Source of the DNA: Eledone cirrhosa
Taxonomy: Eukaryota
Length of the DNA stretch: 64,000 nucleotides
Direction of reading: 5' to 3'
Assembly (NCBI GenBank): GCA_964016885.1
Contig: OZ024740.1
Span: 11,408,001-11,472,000, forward strand
Shown: positions 38,562 through 51,866 of the stretch, piece after piece
Numbering within the stretch: position 1 is the stretch's first letter
Layout: each line of letters starts with the position of its first letter
Made by a program: the position numbers and the translations under genes
Notes under the pieces: model-generated
Seen by the model: only the letters and a program-made list of their open reading frames with translations
Databases searched by the model: none
What the model was told of the DNA's origin: nothing

Positions 38562-39191
38562 TATACATACACGTTCTTATATAGTCTCTTCAGATAAGCA
38601 CTGATTGAACGGATCGAAAGTGTTCCAGCTGTGACCATTCCGTCGTCTTTTTATATATCCAGGACTTCAGTGTTTGTCTTAAGACAGTGGCATATGATAT
38701 GAGGGAGATTTGGCTACTAATTCCAGCAGGTCGATCGACCACATAAAGGTTCGTTAGCTCATATTATACTATGTACATATATGTTATGGTGTATTTATAT
38801 ATAAACTCGTATATGCGCCTGAAGATAGGTCGCAATCTTGATCCTTCTTAAATTTGGAGATATGGTCAATATTGGGACTTGAAACCTTAGTTAGAGCTTT
38901 TGTGCCGTGTATGTATGTGCTCACTTTGGTTAACCAACAGTAACTTGAGGTTACAATCCCTAAACTATAGATATTAGCTAGTCGATAGAGATCAATAAAA
39001 TAAGTACCGGACTCTGTCAAAGTCCGGTACTTATTTTATGTCAATATATTTGACCAACACAAAAGGTGCTACCTCAAACTGGCCTATAAACACACATGTA
39101 AAGTTGGTGATCCATAACAGCTTCTCCTTTGCAATATACTGCCCCCCCCCCCCTTCTCTTCGAAAATGAAAGTATATTTACGAAGACAACA

Positions 39192-39495
39192 TACTCTGGT
39201 CTTGAATAGTGCCCCCCACTCTCATCACTTATTAAATTTTGCTACTCTATCTCTGGCGAAATTTTATTTTAAGTTGTAGCATTTCTGCAACAGTTAATTT
39301 TATTTATATATTAAAACACATTATACATGACAAAAAAAGTACATTACTAGAAATCCCATATATAATAAATATGGTTTGGCGGGGTCTCAATATGTAAGCT
39401 AAACGACTAATTCTGGATTTTAAAAAAAAAAAAATCAGCGGAGACAACTTAGAAAGATTACCCCATCCCCTCTTATTATTTGGGACCCGAGAGTA
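39192..39495 (+). mobile_element. About 300-bp MITE-like element
   Basis: TACTCTGGTCTTGAATA ... TTATTTGGGACCCGAGAGTA imperfect TIRs; paralogous to 39732-40046. Confidence 0.65.
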
Positions 39496-39731
39496 CTTTC
39501 ATTACTGTCTAGTTAAATACTTTACAATTCGTGTTTGTAAGTCTGCTAATTGTAAACTAAGAAATTGTTTTCTCCATGCCTTCTAAAATTCCATGTTGAT
39601 AATAATCATAATAATCAGAATACTGTGATAAATGCTGTGCAGGAACGTCATTTTTATTACCAGATTCTGAGAAGGCATGTAAGTTTGTGTTGCCAGCACC
39701 CTATCTGTAATGTGTGCCACACATATATATA

Positions 39732-40046
39732 TACTCTCTGGTCTCGAATAATTGCCCCACCCCCCTCACTGCTTATTAAATTTTACTCATCTATCTCCAG
39801 CGGAATTTTATTTTAGGTAGTAGCATTCCTGCGACAATTTTCTTTAGACATTAAAAAACATGACAAAAAAAAGTACATTACTAGAAATCCCATATGTTAT
39901 AAAATAAATAGAATGGATTGGGGTCTCAATATGAAAACTAAACGACAAATTCTGGTTTTTAAAGAAAATCAAGAAAGACAACCTAGAAAAATTATCGACC
40001 CCCCCCCCACACACACACACACACACATTATTTGGGACCGGAGGGT
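39732..40046 (+). mobile_element. About 300-bp MITE-like element, second copy
   Basis: TACTCTCTGGTCTCGAATAAT ... ATTATTTGGGACCGGAGGGT. Confidence 0.65.
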
Positions 40047-40916
40047 GTATATAACAGATGAGGGCTGCAATTTCATCTTCACATTTCGATAATGAAAGTG
40101 TAATTGTATTTTTTTTCATTATCCTTATTGTATATTTTAAAATGTAATCTTCACGTTCAATAATAATAATTTCTTGCATTGAAACAAGACTAGAAATTTA
40201 GTGGGAAGGAGGAAGAGTTATATCAATCTCAGTATTTCACTTGTACTTTATTTTATTAACCCTGCAAGAATAAAAGGCAGGAGTTAACCTTAGTGGGATT
40301 TGAACTCAGAAAGTTAAACAACAGGAATAAACACTGCAATTTATCTAACACTCTAACGACTTTTTGCTATCAATGTTTACATTTCAATAGTAGAAAAATA
40401 GTAAAATCAATAATGGTGATTCATTATTGATTATGTCTTAGTTATTCTTCCATACTTAAGTTTGATGACTGTCATTCAATTAGAGCAGTCTTCTCCAGTT
40501 GTCATTATTCCTTAATGTCACACTCCCGCTGACATTAGTTTTGTTTTTCATCCTTACGGAGTCAATAAAATAAAATACCAGTAATGCACTGGCGTCAATT
40601 TAATCACCCCCCCCCCCTAAATTGCTAGCCTTGTATCAAAAGAAAAACAATTCTTCCTTAATATCACAATGTAATGACATCCACCTCCCTTCTCTATCCC
40701 TCCATCTTGTATGACCTACTTTGCTTTGTTTCTTTTCTTTTTGTCTTATTTTTAAAGAACTGTTTGTTTTCTAGCATCTTTTATTGTTTGTTTTTATTTT
40801 TGTAACGGTTGGGAGGTTATGCATGCTGCCATATGTTAGGAGATATATATTGGTTGTGTTTATATGTTATATAATAAACTTCCCCTTCCGTAAAGAAGTG
40901 GCAGTTATATTTATAA

Positions 40917-42485
40917 TCATCATCATCGTTTAACGTCCACATTCCACACTAGCATGGGTTAGATGGGCTTATCCCACTTGAGGCAAGTTGGGTCGGGTGA
41001 CTGTGTCTCGCTCATATACAACTGTTTCTGGCTGGTTTTCTATGGTTGGATGCCCTTCCTAGCGCTAACCATTTTACAGTTTGGACTGGGTGTTTTTTTG
41101 TCGTGACACCTACACGACCACTTTAGTGTGGACTGGATGTTTTGTGGTACCATGATTTTACAGAGAAAGGGTGGTGTGGGAGGATGGAGTAGGGGGTGTG
41201 GGGTGGGGTGTATATTTGGTTAATAGGTGCCTACTGACTGTAGGTTTAAGTTCGTATGGCGGGTCTTCTGTATTACTGCATAGCGCCAAAGATCTCAATC
41301 CAGTGACCTTGTCTTAGGTGCAAGGTCAGTTTTTATCACCTCATCTCAGGTTTTTCTAGGTTTACCTACTCCGAAGCTTCCATCAATTTTGACTGCGCTG
41401 CACTTTTTTATACAGCTGTCATCCTTCATACACATCACATGACCATACCAATGCAATCTCCTCATTAGTAAACTGCATCTGATCCCTCTTATTCCTAATT
41501 TCTCACTTAGTTTGTTTACGTTTTGCCGTTCGTGTATTACACATCCATCGGAGCATGCAAGCTTCATTTCTTTTTAATCTACGTAAGTCTTCTGCACACA
41601 ATGCCCAGGTCTCACTACCATGTAACAGTGCTGTTTGTATACAAGCATCGTACAATCTGCCTTTCCCTTTTAGAGAAAAACCCCTTGTGGCCAACAGCGG
41701 TATTAGCTCTCTGAACTTTTCCCATTTCGTTCTCTGTATACTGTACTTTCAGAGCACCCTCCTCCATTGCAGATTTTATTACCCAGGTAAGAGAAAGTGT
41801 CTACTATTTCTATAGAACCATCTAGGCAGTTGAAGGAGATAGTATCCAGTAGGTACTTATTGCACCTGAGCATCGGCCACATATAAAATCTACATTCTTA
41901 GATAGCTTACCTGTGATCTCACTACATCTTTTATGTACCCATAGTTTGAATTTGGGACATAGAATGGAATTTCTATCTACTCCCTTCTTACACACTGAAC
42001 ATGGCCATTTCCCAGAGGGCACCTGTGCCCTATTCTCCTTTCTATATACTAGAACTTTAGTCTTAGACAAGTTAACTTTAAGGCCTTTTGATTCTCGGCT
42101 ATGCTTCCATGTTTGGAATTTCTTCTCTAGTTCAGCTATAGATTCAGCTATGAGAGTTAGATCATCTGCATATAGAAGTTCCCATGGGCAGCCGGTCTTA
42201 AACTCTTCTGTTATAGCCTGTAGGACAATAATAAATAGGAGGGGGCTAAGGACGGAGCCCTAGTGAACATCTACTTTTATGCTGAATTCTTCACTATATT
42301 TATTGTTAATTCTAACCTTGCTGTCTGTTCTTCTATACATGGCTTGTATAGCTCTCACAAGCCATCCATCTACTCCTAGTTTTCTAAGGGTCCCACCAGA
42401 TTAAGGAGCGGGGGACTCTGTCAAAGGCTTTCTCCAAGTCAACGTAAGCTAAGTAGCAGGGTTTACTTTTAGCTAGGTACTTCTG
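40917..42485 (-). mobile_element. Decayed RTE/RTEX-like LINE (RT, PHD insert, 3' UTR)
   Basis: ORF pieces 41346-42070 align with the 53890 ORF; (CAT)n tail at 40917. Confidence 0.9.
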
Positions 42486-42493
42486 TATATATA

Positions 42494-43031
42494 TCATCAT
42501 CATCATCATTTAACGTCCATGTTCCACGCTTGCATGGGTTTGGACGGGGGTTTTCCCACTTGAGGCAAGAGTGGTTGTCTTGCTCGCATAGGACTGTCTG
42601 GCATGTTTTCTACAGCTGGATGCCCTTCCTAACACCAACCACATTTACAGTGTGGGGCTGGGAGGTTTTTACCGTGATGCCTACATGGTCACATTACAGC
42701 CGGACTGTGTGGCGTGTTTTCTACGGCTGGATGCCCTTCCTAACACCAACCACATTTACAGTGTGGGGCTGGGAGGTTTTTACCGTGTTGCCTACACGGC
42801 CAGCTGTAGAAAACACGCCTGACAGTCCACGCTGTAATGTGGCCGTGTAGGTAACACGGTAAAAACCTCCCAGTCCCACACTGTAAACGTGGATGGTGTT
42901 AGGAAGGGCATCCAGCCGTAGAAAACACACCACACAGTCCTATGCGAGCAAGACAACCACTCTTGCCTCAAGTGGGACAATTCCCGTCCAGACCCATGCA
43001 AGCGTGGAAGATGGACGTTAAACGATGATGA
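42494..43031. mobile_element. Two RTE/RTEX-like 3' UTRs joined head-to-head (junction near 42800)
   Basis: (CAT)n at left and (GAT)n at right; orientation flips at CCTACACGGC|CAGCTGTAG. Confidence 0.85.
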
Positions 43032-43054
43032 TAATATATGTACATATACATATC

Positions 43055-43085
<31 letters not shown>

Positions 43086-43124
43086 CATATGTATATATAC
43101 ATATACATATATATATATATACAT

Positions 43125-43198
<74 letters not shown>

Positions 43199-43200
<2 letters not shown>

Positions 43201-43393
43201 ACGAAGGAAGTGTGGTAAGGAACCAGGTGGACCATAATGCACCAAAGTACTCAATACTTAGGGTAGTAGAGTGGGTAATAGGAATGAGTAGGACCCCGAC
43301 AGCTGAGCTCAAGCCGTTTAGACGGCTAATTCAGTCCAGAATTAGCCGTCGAAACGGCTTGAGCTCAGCTGTCGGGGTCCTACTCATTCCTAT
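43199..43393. mobile_element. Second hairpin PLE mini-insertion (palindrome 43278-43393)
   Basis: Same outer ends as 1877-2082; 6-nt loop; one arm mismatch. Confidence 0.78.
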
Positions 43394-43427
43394 ATATATA
43401 TATATATACACACACACATGTATATAT

Positions 43428-43487
<60 letters not shown>

Positions 43488-43855
43488 AGAGGCATATAGC
43501 TTAGAGCATTGGCCTTGCAATCGAAAGGTTGTGAGTTCAATTCTCAGACCGGGTGACGTGTTGTTTCCTTGAGCAAGAGACTTTATTTCACATTGTTCCA
43601 GTTTACTCAGCTGTAGAAATGAGATGGTAGGGACTGGGGTCCCTATCGTTCCACTGCAAAGTGGTCGTGGAGGTGCCACGGCAAAAAAGCACCCAGCACT
43701 CACTGTAAATGAGGTTGGTGTTAGGAAGGGCATCCAGCTGTAGATATCAAGTCAGTATCAGTTCCTTCCCACCCTTGCAAGCAGGGAAAAGATATATACC
43801 CTTGCGAGCAGGGAAGAGCGGACGTAAAATAATGATGATCATTATATATATATAT

Positions 43856-44353
43856 ATGGTGGCTGTCAACTCGTTTTCGAGTACGGCCACTACTTTATAT
43901 CCATTTTCGAGAACCCCCACCGATGCGCTGAACGAGTGTGACTTTTTAGTCCAACCAGCGACTTGAAAACTCTGGTACAAACACTACACTTGTGACAATT
44001 ATTGACATATAGTGCAGGGCCCATGGTACCCTGTGACGACAAGTGCAGAGAGATCTCCAGATATAAAGCAATGCCTGTGCTGTGAAGCTTTTATAGTGAG
44101 CAAAGGCACTGCACAAAGCCAATCCCACTCTCTTAACCGAGATGATATTTACCAAAAAGAAGAACAAGTCAACATCATTGGATACCATCAGGGTTGCAGG
44201 TGTTATATTAGAGTTTTCCTTCTCTTAGAATTCTGCCTTGACAAAGGCTAAGGAGTCATCTCTCCCGGTGATGGCCATTGACTCTTAAGAGCTCCTTTGA
44301 CAGGTTTTGTTTCTAGTCCTGCAGGATGTCCAAAGTCACCCTCCTCACCAAGA
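43856..44353 (-). mobile_element. Non-autonomous bipartite RTE-derived element (5'-truncated)
   Basis: Body resembles the RTE 5' UTR at 56690-56870; terminus resembles the RTE 3' end at 60747-60780. Confidence 0.75.
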
Positions 44354-44411
<58 letters not shown>

Positions 44412-44415
<4 letters not shown>

Positions 44416-44600
44416 GATAAAAATATTCCTTCGTCAGTGATTTTCCAACCATCATTGGTATTTCATCGCATTAAATGCGATGATTTTTAATGCGATGAAA
44501 TAACAATGATGGTTGGAAAATCACTGATGAAGGACTATTTTTATCATATGTAACCTATGTGCAACCACGCAGTATTCTTCTTTCTTCTCATATTTTTTAT
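44412..44600. repeat. Palindromic mini-insertion in (TA)n (arms 44412-44475 and 44486-44549)
   Basis: Near-perfect inverted arms, each with CUGAYGA on the outward strand. Confidence 0.8.
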
Positions 44601-44939
44601 ATGTATATATATATAAACGGAAAAAATGAAACAAAATTTCATTTCTCACTCTTAGTACAGCTGCTACTTAAATATAAGTATGTACACGTACATACATATA
44701 TGTATACAGACGTACAGTAGTATGCATATATATATATATATGCATACTACTCAACATCATCATCATCACCGTTTTACGTCCGTTCTTCCACGCTAGCATG
44801 GGTTAGACTACTACGTCTGTATACATAGATGTATGTACGTATGCATACTTGTATATGTATATATATGTATATGTATATATATGTATATATATGTGTATAT
44901 GTATATATATGTATATATATATGTATATATATATATATG

Positions 44940-44970
<31 letters not shown>

Positions 44971-45040
44971 GTGTATATATATATATGTGTATATGTGTAT
45001 ATATATATATGTATATGTGTATATATATATGTGTATATGT

Positions 45041-47437
45041 CTACAACGCGATGACCAAAAACGTGAGGTGTTCAGGATTGCTAGGCAATGCGTCAAGGAA
45101 AACCGTGATATTGTCGGGGAGAAGTGTGTACTAAACGACGATGGCACACTTGCCATCACCGACGCTGATAAGAAGGTAGCTTGGAAGTGTCACTATGAAA
45201 GGCTTCTAAATGAGGAGAATAATTGGGAGAAAGGCAGTCTCCCCCATATCGACCCAATAGAGGGACCAGCAGTGTTAGTCGAGGGGAGTATAATAAGTAA
45301 GGCAATCAAGGATATGAAGACTGGTAAGGCGGCTGGGCCTTCGGAAATAGTTGCTGAGATGCTGAAGGCATCTGGCACGGTGGGACACACCATGGTCACC
45401 CGCATAGTTAACCAAGTCGTACAGAATGGGGTTGTTCCGAAGGACTGGCATAGCAGCATCATCGTTAACTGTTATAAGGGTAAAGGAGACGCCCTAGATA
45501 GGAGTAACTATAGAGGCATTAAATTAATCGACCAGGTCATGAAGGTCACGGAAAGAGTAATAGCGCAACTAATCAGAGAGAGAATTGACCTAGATGAAAT
45601 GCAGTTCGGGTTTGTGTCAGGCAAAAGTACCACAGACGCTCTTTTCATAGTACGACAACTACAGGAGAAGTACCTAGCTAAAGGTAAACCCCTCTACTTA
45701 GCTTTTGTCGACTTGGAGAAAGCCTTCGACAGAGTCCCCCGCTCCATTATCTGGTGGGCTCTTAGAAAACTAGGCGTTGACGAATGGCTTGTGAGGGCTA
45801 TACAAGCCATGTATAAAGAAACAGTCAGCAAGGTTAGAATTAACAACGAATATAGTGAAGAGTTTAGCGTAAAAGTTGGCGTCCATCAGGGCTCTGTTCT
45901 CAGTCCACTACTATTTATTATTGCCCTTCAGGCTATAACAGAGGAGTTCAAGACAGGCTGCCCATGGGAACTCCTATACGCAGACGACCTGACACTCATA
46001 GCGGAATCAATGGCCGAGCTAGAGAAGAAATTCCAAACATGGAAGCACGGCCTAGAGTCAAAAGGACTTAAAATTAACCTGGCTAAGACCAAAGTGCTAG
46101 TTTGTAGGAAAGAAAACAAGGCGGCGGTCCCTTCTGGGAAATGGTCGTGCTCGGTGTGTAGGAAAGGCGTAGGTAGAAACTCCATTTTATGTCCTAAATG
46201 CAAAGTATGGGTGCATAAAAGATGTAGTGGGATCACAGGTAAGCTAACTAAGAACATAGATTTTACATGTGGCCGGTGCTCTGGTGCAATAAGTAGCAGC
46301 AAGTGCCCACAAACTACTAGCTCTTTCAACTGCGCAGAGGGTTCTATAGAAATAGTGGACAGCTTCCGTTACCTGGGTGACAAAATCAGCAGTGGGGGAG
46401 GGTGCTCTGAAAGTACAGTAGCTAGAGTCAGAACTGGATAGAAAAAGTTCAGAGAGCTTATACCACTATTAGCCGCTAGAGGGTTCTCACTAAAAATGAA
46501 AGGCAGGTTATACGATGCCTGCATACGAACAGCAATGCTGCATGGCAGTGAGACCTGGGCATTGTGTGCAGAGGATATACGCAGACTAGAGAGGAACGAA
46601 GCTTGCATGCTCCGCTGGATGTGCAATAGTAATATACGTGAACGGCAAAGCATAAACGAACTAAGGAAAAAATTAGAAATAAGAGGGATCAGATGTTGTT
46701 TACTCGAGAGAAGGCTACGTTGGTACGGTCACGTGATGCGCATGAAAGACGACAGCTGTATAACAAAGTGCAGGGCAATAAAGATAGACGGTAGCCACGG
46801 AGTAGGCAGACCCAGAAAAACCTGGGACGAGCTGATAAATTCCGACCTCACACGCTTACACCTCTCCAAGACAATGTCACTGGACCGAGACCTTTGGCGG
46901 TACTCAGTAATAGAGAAGACCCGCCTTACCTAAATACAAAGTAAAAACCTACTACAGTCAGTAGGCATCTCTATCAAAACACCCCCCGTCCCACCAACTC
47001 CACCTCATCCACACCGCCCCTTTCAATGTAAAGTTATGTTGGTCCCACAACATCCAGGCCGAAACGAATGAGATCGTGTAGGTGTCACGACAAAAAAACA
47101 CACAGTCCACGCTGTAAATGTGGCCGTGTAGGCAACACGGTAAAAACCTCCCAGCCCCACACTGTAAATGTGGTTGGTGTTAGGAAGGGCATCCAGCTGT
47201 AGAAAACCCGCCAGATAGTCCACGCTGTAATGTGGCCGTGTAGGCAACACGGTAAAAACCTCCCAGACCCACACTGTAAATGTGGTTGGTGTTAGGAAGG
47301 GCATCCAACTGTAGAAAACCTGCCAGACAGTCCTATGCGAGCAAGACAATCACTCTTGCCTCAAGTGGGACTACCCCCGTCCAAACCCATGCAAGCGTGG
47401 AACACGGACGTTAAACGTTGATGATGATGATGATGAT
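45041..47437 (+). mobile_element. RTE/RTEX-like LINE copy 1, 5'-truncated, TAG stop at 46439
   Basis: [40 protein letters not shown]; 3' UTR and (GAT)n tail. Confidence 0.95.
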
Positions 47438-47455
47438 ATATATATATATACATAG

Positions 47456-47492
<37 letters not shown>

Positions 47493-47512
47493 CATAGATA
47501 TATATATATATA

Positions 47513-47544
<32 letters not shown>

Positions 47545-47569
47545 CATACATATATACATATATACATAC

Positions 47570-47622
<53 letters not shown>

Positions 47623-47801
47623 CATACATATATAGATACATATATACATATATATATATATACATACATATATATATATATATATATACATACATATATA
47701 TATATATACATATATATACATACATACTCAAGTGGGAAAACCCCCGTCCAAACCCATGCAAGCGTGGAACACGGACGCTAAACCTGATGATGATGATATA
47801 T

Positions 47802-48822
47802 TAGCAGCAAGTGCCCACAAAATACTAGCTCTTTCAATTGCGCAGAGGGTTCTATAGAAATAGTGGACAGTTTCCGTTACCTGGGTGATAAAATCAGCAG
47901 TGGGGGAGGGTGCTCTGAAAGTACAGTAGCTAGAGTCAGAACTGGTTGGAAAAAGTTCAGAGAGCTTATACCGCTATTAGCTGCTACAGGGTTCTCCCTA
48001 AAACTGAAAGGCAGGTTGTACGATGCCTGCATACGAACAGCAATGTTGCATGGCAGTGAGACCTGGGCATTGTGTGCAGAGGATATACGCAGACTAGAGA
48101 GGAACGAAGCTTGCATGCTCCGCTGGATGTGTAACAGTAATATACGTGAACGGCAAAGCATAAACGAACTAAGGAAAAAATTAGAAATAAGAGGGATCAG
48201 ATGTTGTTTACTCGAGAGAAGGCTACGTTGGTATGGACACGTGATGCGCATGAAGGTTGATAGCTGTATAACAAAGTGCAGGGCAATAAAGATAGACGGT
48301 AGCCACGGAATAGGCAGACCTAGAAAAACCTGGGACGAGCTGATAAACTCCGACCTCACACACTTACACCTCTCCAAGACAATGTCACTGGACCGAGACC
48401 TTTGGCGGTACTCAGTAACAGAGAAGACCCGCCTTACCTAAATACATAGTAAAACCTACTACAGCCAGTAGGCATCTCTAACAAAATACACCCCGTCCCA
48501 CCCCCACCCCATCCACACCACCCCGTTCTATGTAAAGTTATGTTGGTGCCGCGCCATCCAGGCCGAAACAAATGAGATCGTGTAGGTGTCACGACAAAAA
48601 AACACACAGTCCATGCTGTAATGTGGCCGTGTAGGCAACACGGTAAAAACCTCCCAGACCCACACTATAAATGTGGTTGGTGTTAGGAAGGGCATCCAAC
48701 TGTAGAAAACCTGCCAGACAGTCCTATGCGAGCAAGACAATCACTCTTGCCTCAAGTGGGACTACCCCCGTCCAAACCCATGCAAGCGTGGAACACGGAC
48801 GTTAAACGTTGATGATGATGAT
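47802..48822 (+). mobile_element. RTE/RTEX-like LINE copy 2 (3' part)
   Basis: ORF 47863-48441 plus 3' UTR and tail. Confidence 0.93.
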
Positions 48823-49096
48823 ATGTATGTATATATATATATGTATGATATATATATATGTATGTATATATATATATATGTATGTATGTATGAAAATTAG
48901 AGTTAAAACTCAATTGGAACCCTGTAACTATTAAGCTCAAAGTATAAATACTGAGCCGATTAATAATATATAGTAAGAAACACAGTAAACCGTGTGTCTA
49001 AAATTACAAGGGTTGAAAAACCACATTTGTTTGAAATATTTAACCAAGAAGCAGACCGAATGATAAAATATATAAACCGCCTCAATAACCATTATA

Positions 49097-49176
49097 TCTC
49101 TCGGACAGATTATCTCTAATCTGTTTCGCCCCGAGTGTGTTTGTAACAGATAATCCTGGGCTTCATCAGTGAGAGA
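49097..49176 (-). ncRNA. Type I hammerhead (451-nt array, copy 1)
   Basis: Reverse complement of 49882-49961 with a few substitutions, including one stem I mismatch. Confidence 0.82.
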
Positions 49177-49520
49177 GTCTGATTAAATGCCACAAACACT
49201 ATTTGCCAACGTTCACACAGAAAGATGAATTTGTCACCTCGTGCGCCGCTAGTCAAACGTGGTAAGCGTGTATTGAATAGAAATAACAGTCCAACACACA
49301 CAACTTAATAAGCTCAACTTGTGAGGGAGCAGAAATATATATGAAAATTAGAGTTAAAACTCAATTGGAACCCTGTAACTATTAAGCTCAAAGTATAAAT
49401 ACTGAGCCAATTAATAATATATAGTTAGAAACACAGTAAACAGTGTGTCTAAAATTACAAGGGTTAACCAAGAAGCAGACAGAATGATAAAATATACAAA
49501 CCGCCTCAATAACCATTATA

Positions 49521-49600
49521 TCTCTCGGACAGATTATCCCTAATCTGTTTCGCCCTGAGTGTGTTTGTAACAGATAATCCTGGGCTTCATCAGCGAGAGA
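49521..49600 (-). ncRNA. Type I hammerhead (451-nt array, copy 2)
   Basis: UCUCUCG-CUGAUGA-aGCCC..GGGC-GAAAC-AGAUUAGGGAUAAUCU-GUC^-CGAGAGA. Confidence 0.9.
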
Positions 49601-49881
49601 ATCTGATTAAATGCCACAAACACTATTTGCCAACGTTATATTATTAATCGGCTCAGTATTTATACTTTGAGCTTAATAGTTACAGGGTTCCAATTGAGTT
49701 TTAACTCTAATTTTCATATATATTTCTGCTCCCTCACAAGTTGAGCTTATTAAGTTGTGTGTGTTGGACTGTTATTTCTATTCAATACACGCTTACCACG
49801 TTTGACTAGCGGCGCACGAGGTGACAAATTCATCTTTCTGTGTGAACGTTGGCAAATAGTGTTTGTGGCATTTAATCAAAT

Positions 49882-49961
49882 TCTCTCGCTGATGAAGCCC
49901 AGGATTATCTGTTACAAACACACTCAGGGCGAAACAGATGAGGGATAATCTGTCCGAGAGA
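49882..49961 (+). ncRNA. Type I hammerhead (451-nt array, copy 3); predicted cleavage after 49954
   Basis: Canonical CUGAUGA/GAAAC/GUC core, 7-bp stem I. Confidence 0.9.
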
Positions 49962-50161
49962 TATAATGGTTATTGAGGCGGTTTGTATATTTTATCATTC
50001 TGTCTGCTTCTTGGTTAAATATTTCAAACAAATGTGGTTTTTCAACCCTTGTAATTTTAGACACACGGTTTACTGTGTTTCTAACTATATATTATTATAT
50101 ATATGTATGTATATATGTATGTATATATACGTATGTATATATGTATGTATATATACGTATG

Positions 50162-50204
<43 letters not shown>

Positions 50205-50205
50205 G

Positions 50206-50237
<32 letters not shown>

Positions 50238-50238
<1 letters not shown>

Positions 50239-51866
50239 TGGAGAAAGCCTTCGACAGAGTCCCCCGTTCCATTATATGGTGGACTCTTAGAAACCTAGGT
50301 GTTGACGAATGGCTTGTGAGAGCTATACAAGCCATGTATAAAGAAACAGTCAGCAAGGTTAGAATTAACAACGAATATAGTGAAGAGTTTAGTGTAAAAG
50401 TTGGTGTACATCAGGGCTCTGTTCTTAGCCCCCTACTATTTATTATTGCCCTTCAGGCTATAACAGTGGAATTCAAGACCGGCTGCCCATGGGAACTCCT
50501 ATACGCAGATGATCTAATGCTCATAGCTGAATCAATGACCGAACTAGAGAAGAAATTCCAAACATGGAAGCACGGCCTAGAATCAAAAGGCCTTAAAATT
50601 AACCTGGCTAAGACTAAAGTTCTAGTTTGTAGGAAAGAAAATAAGGCGGCAGTCCCATCTGGGAAATGGCCATACTCAGTGTGTAGGAAAGGCGTAGGTA
50701 GAAACTCCATTTTATGTCCTAAATGCAAAGTATGGGTGCAGAAAAGATGTAGTGGGATCACAGGTAAGCTAACTAAGAACATAGATTTTACATGTGGCTG
50801 GTGCTCTGGTGCAATAAGTAGCAGCATGTGGCCACAAAATACTAGCTCTTTCAATTGCGCAGAGGGTTCTATAGAAATAGTGGACAGCTTCCGTTACCTG
50901 GGTGACAAAATCAGCAGTGGGGGAGGGTGCTCTGAAAGTACAGTAGCTAGAGTCAGAACTGGATAGAAAAAGTTCAGAGAGCTTATACCACTATTAGCCA
51001 CTAAAGGGTTCTCCCTAAAAATGAAAGGCAGGTTGTATGATGCCTGCATACGAACAGCAATGTTGCATGGCAGTGAGACCTGGGCATTGTGTGCAGAGGA
51101 TATACACAGACTAGAGAGGAACGAAGCTTGCATGCTCCGCTGGATGTGTAATAGTAACATACGTGAACGGCAAAGCATAAGCGAACTAAGGAAAAAATTA
51201 GAAATAAGAGGGATCAGATGTTTACTCGAGAGAAGGCTACGCTGGTATGGTCACGTGATGCGCATGAAAGACAACAGCTGTATAACAAAGTGCAGGGCAA
51301 TAAAGATAGACGGTAGCTACGGAGTAGGCAGACCCAGAAAAACCTGGGACGAGCTGATAAATTCCGACCTCACACACTTACACCTCTCCAAGACAATGTC
51401 ACTGGACCGAGACCTTTGGCGGTACTCAGTAATAGAGAAGACCCGCCTTACCTAAATACAAAGTAAAACCTACTACAGTCAGTAGGCATCGCTAACAAAA
51501 TACACCCCCGTCCCACCACCCCCACCCTATCCACACCGCCCCTTTCAATGTAAAGTTATGTTGGTGCCACAACATCCAGGCCGAAACAAATGAGATCGTG
51601 TAGGTGTCACGACAAAAAAAAACAGTCCACGCTGTAATGTGGCCGTGTAGGCAACACGGTAAAAACCTCCCAGCCCCACACTGTAAATGTGGTTGGTGTT
51701 AGGAAGGGCATCCAGCTGTAGAAAACCCGCCAGACAGTCCACGCTGTAAAAAACTCTCCAGACAGTCCTATGCGAGCAAGACAATCATTCTTGCCTCAAG
51801 TGGGAAAACCCCCGTCCAAACCCATGCAAGCGTGGAACACGGACGTTAAACGATGATGTTGATGAT
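50238..51866 (+). mobile_element. RTE/RTEX-like LINE copy 3, TAG stop at 50964
   Basis: LEKAFD..LYADD..; 3' UTR and tail. Confidence 0.93.

Larger units (their letters stand above)
48890..50097. repeat. Non-coding 451-bp tandem array with hammerheads, in two inverted arms (48890-49637; 49638-50097); retrozyme-like
   Basis: Landmarks at 48891/49342 and 49638/50089; 27-bp deletion in the second left unit; three HHRs. Confidence 0.9.

Noticed and set aside
38812-38900. CUGAAGA..GAAAC hammerhead candidate
   Set aside because: Stem I pairs poorly; at best a decayed copy
38995-39039. 19-bp-arm hairpin as a terminator or structured ncRNA
   Set aside because: Arms resemble the SINE core ATAAAATAAGTACC; probably inverted SINE scraps
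44520-44580. CUGAUGA as a complete hammerhead
   Set aside because: No correctly placed GAAA, stem III or stem I partner found
44849-45040. N-terminal extension of the 530-aa ORF
   Set aside because: Microsatellite in frame with a 5'-truncated LINE
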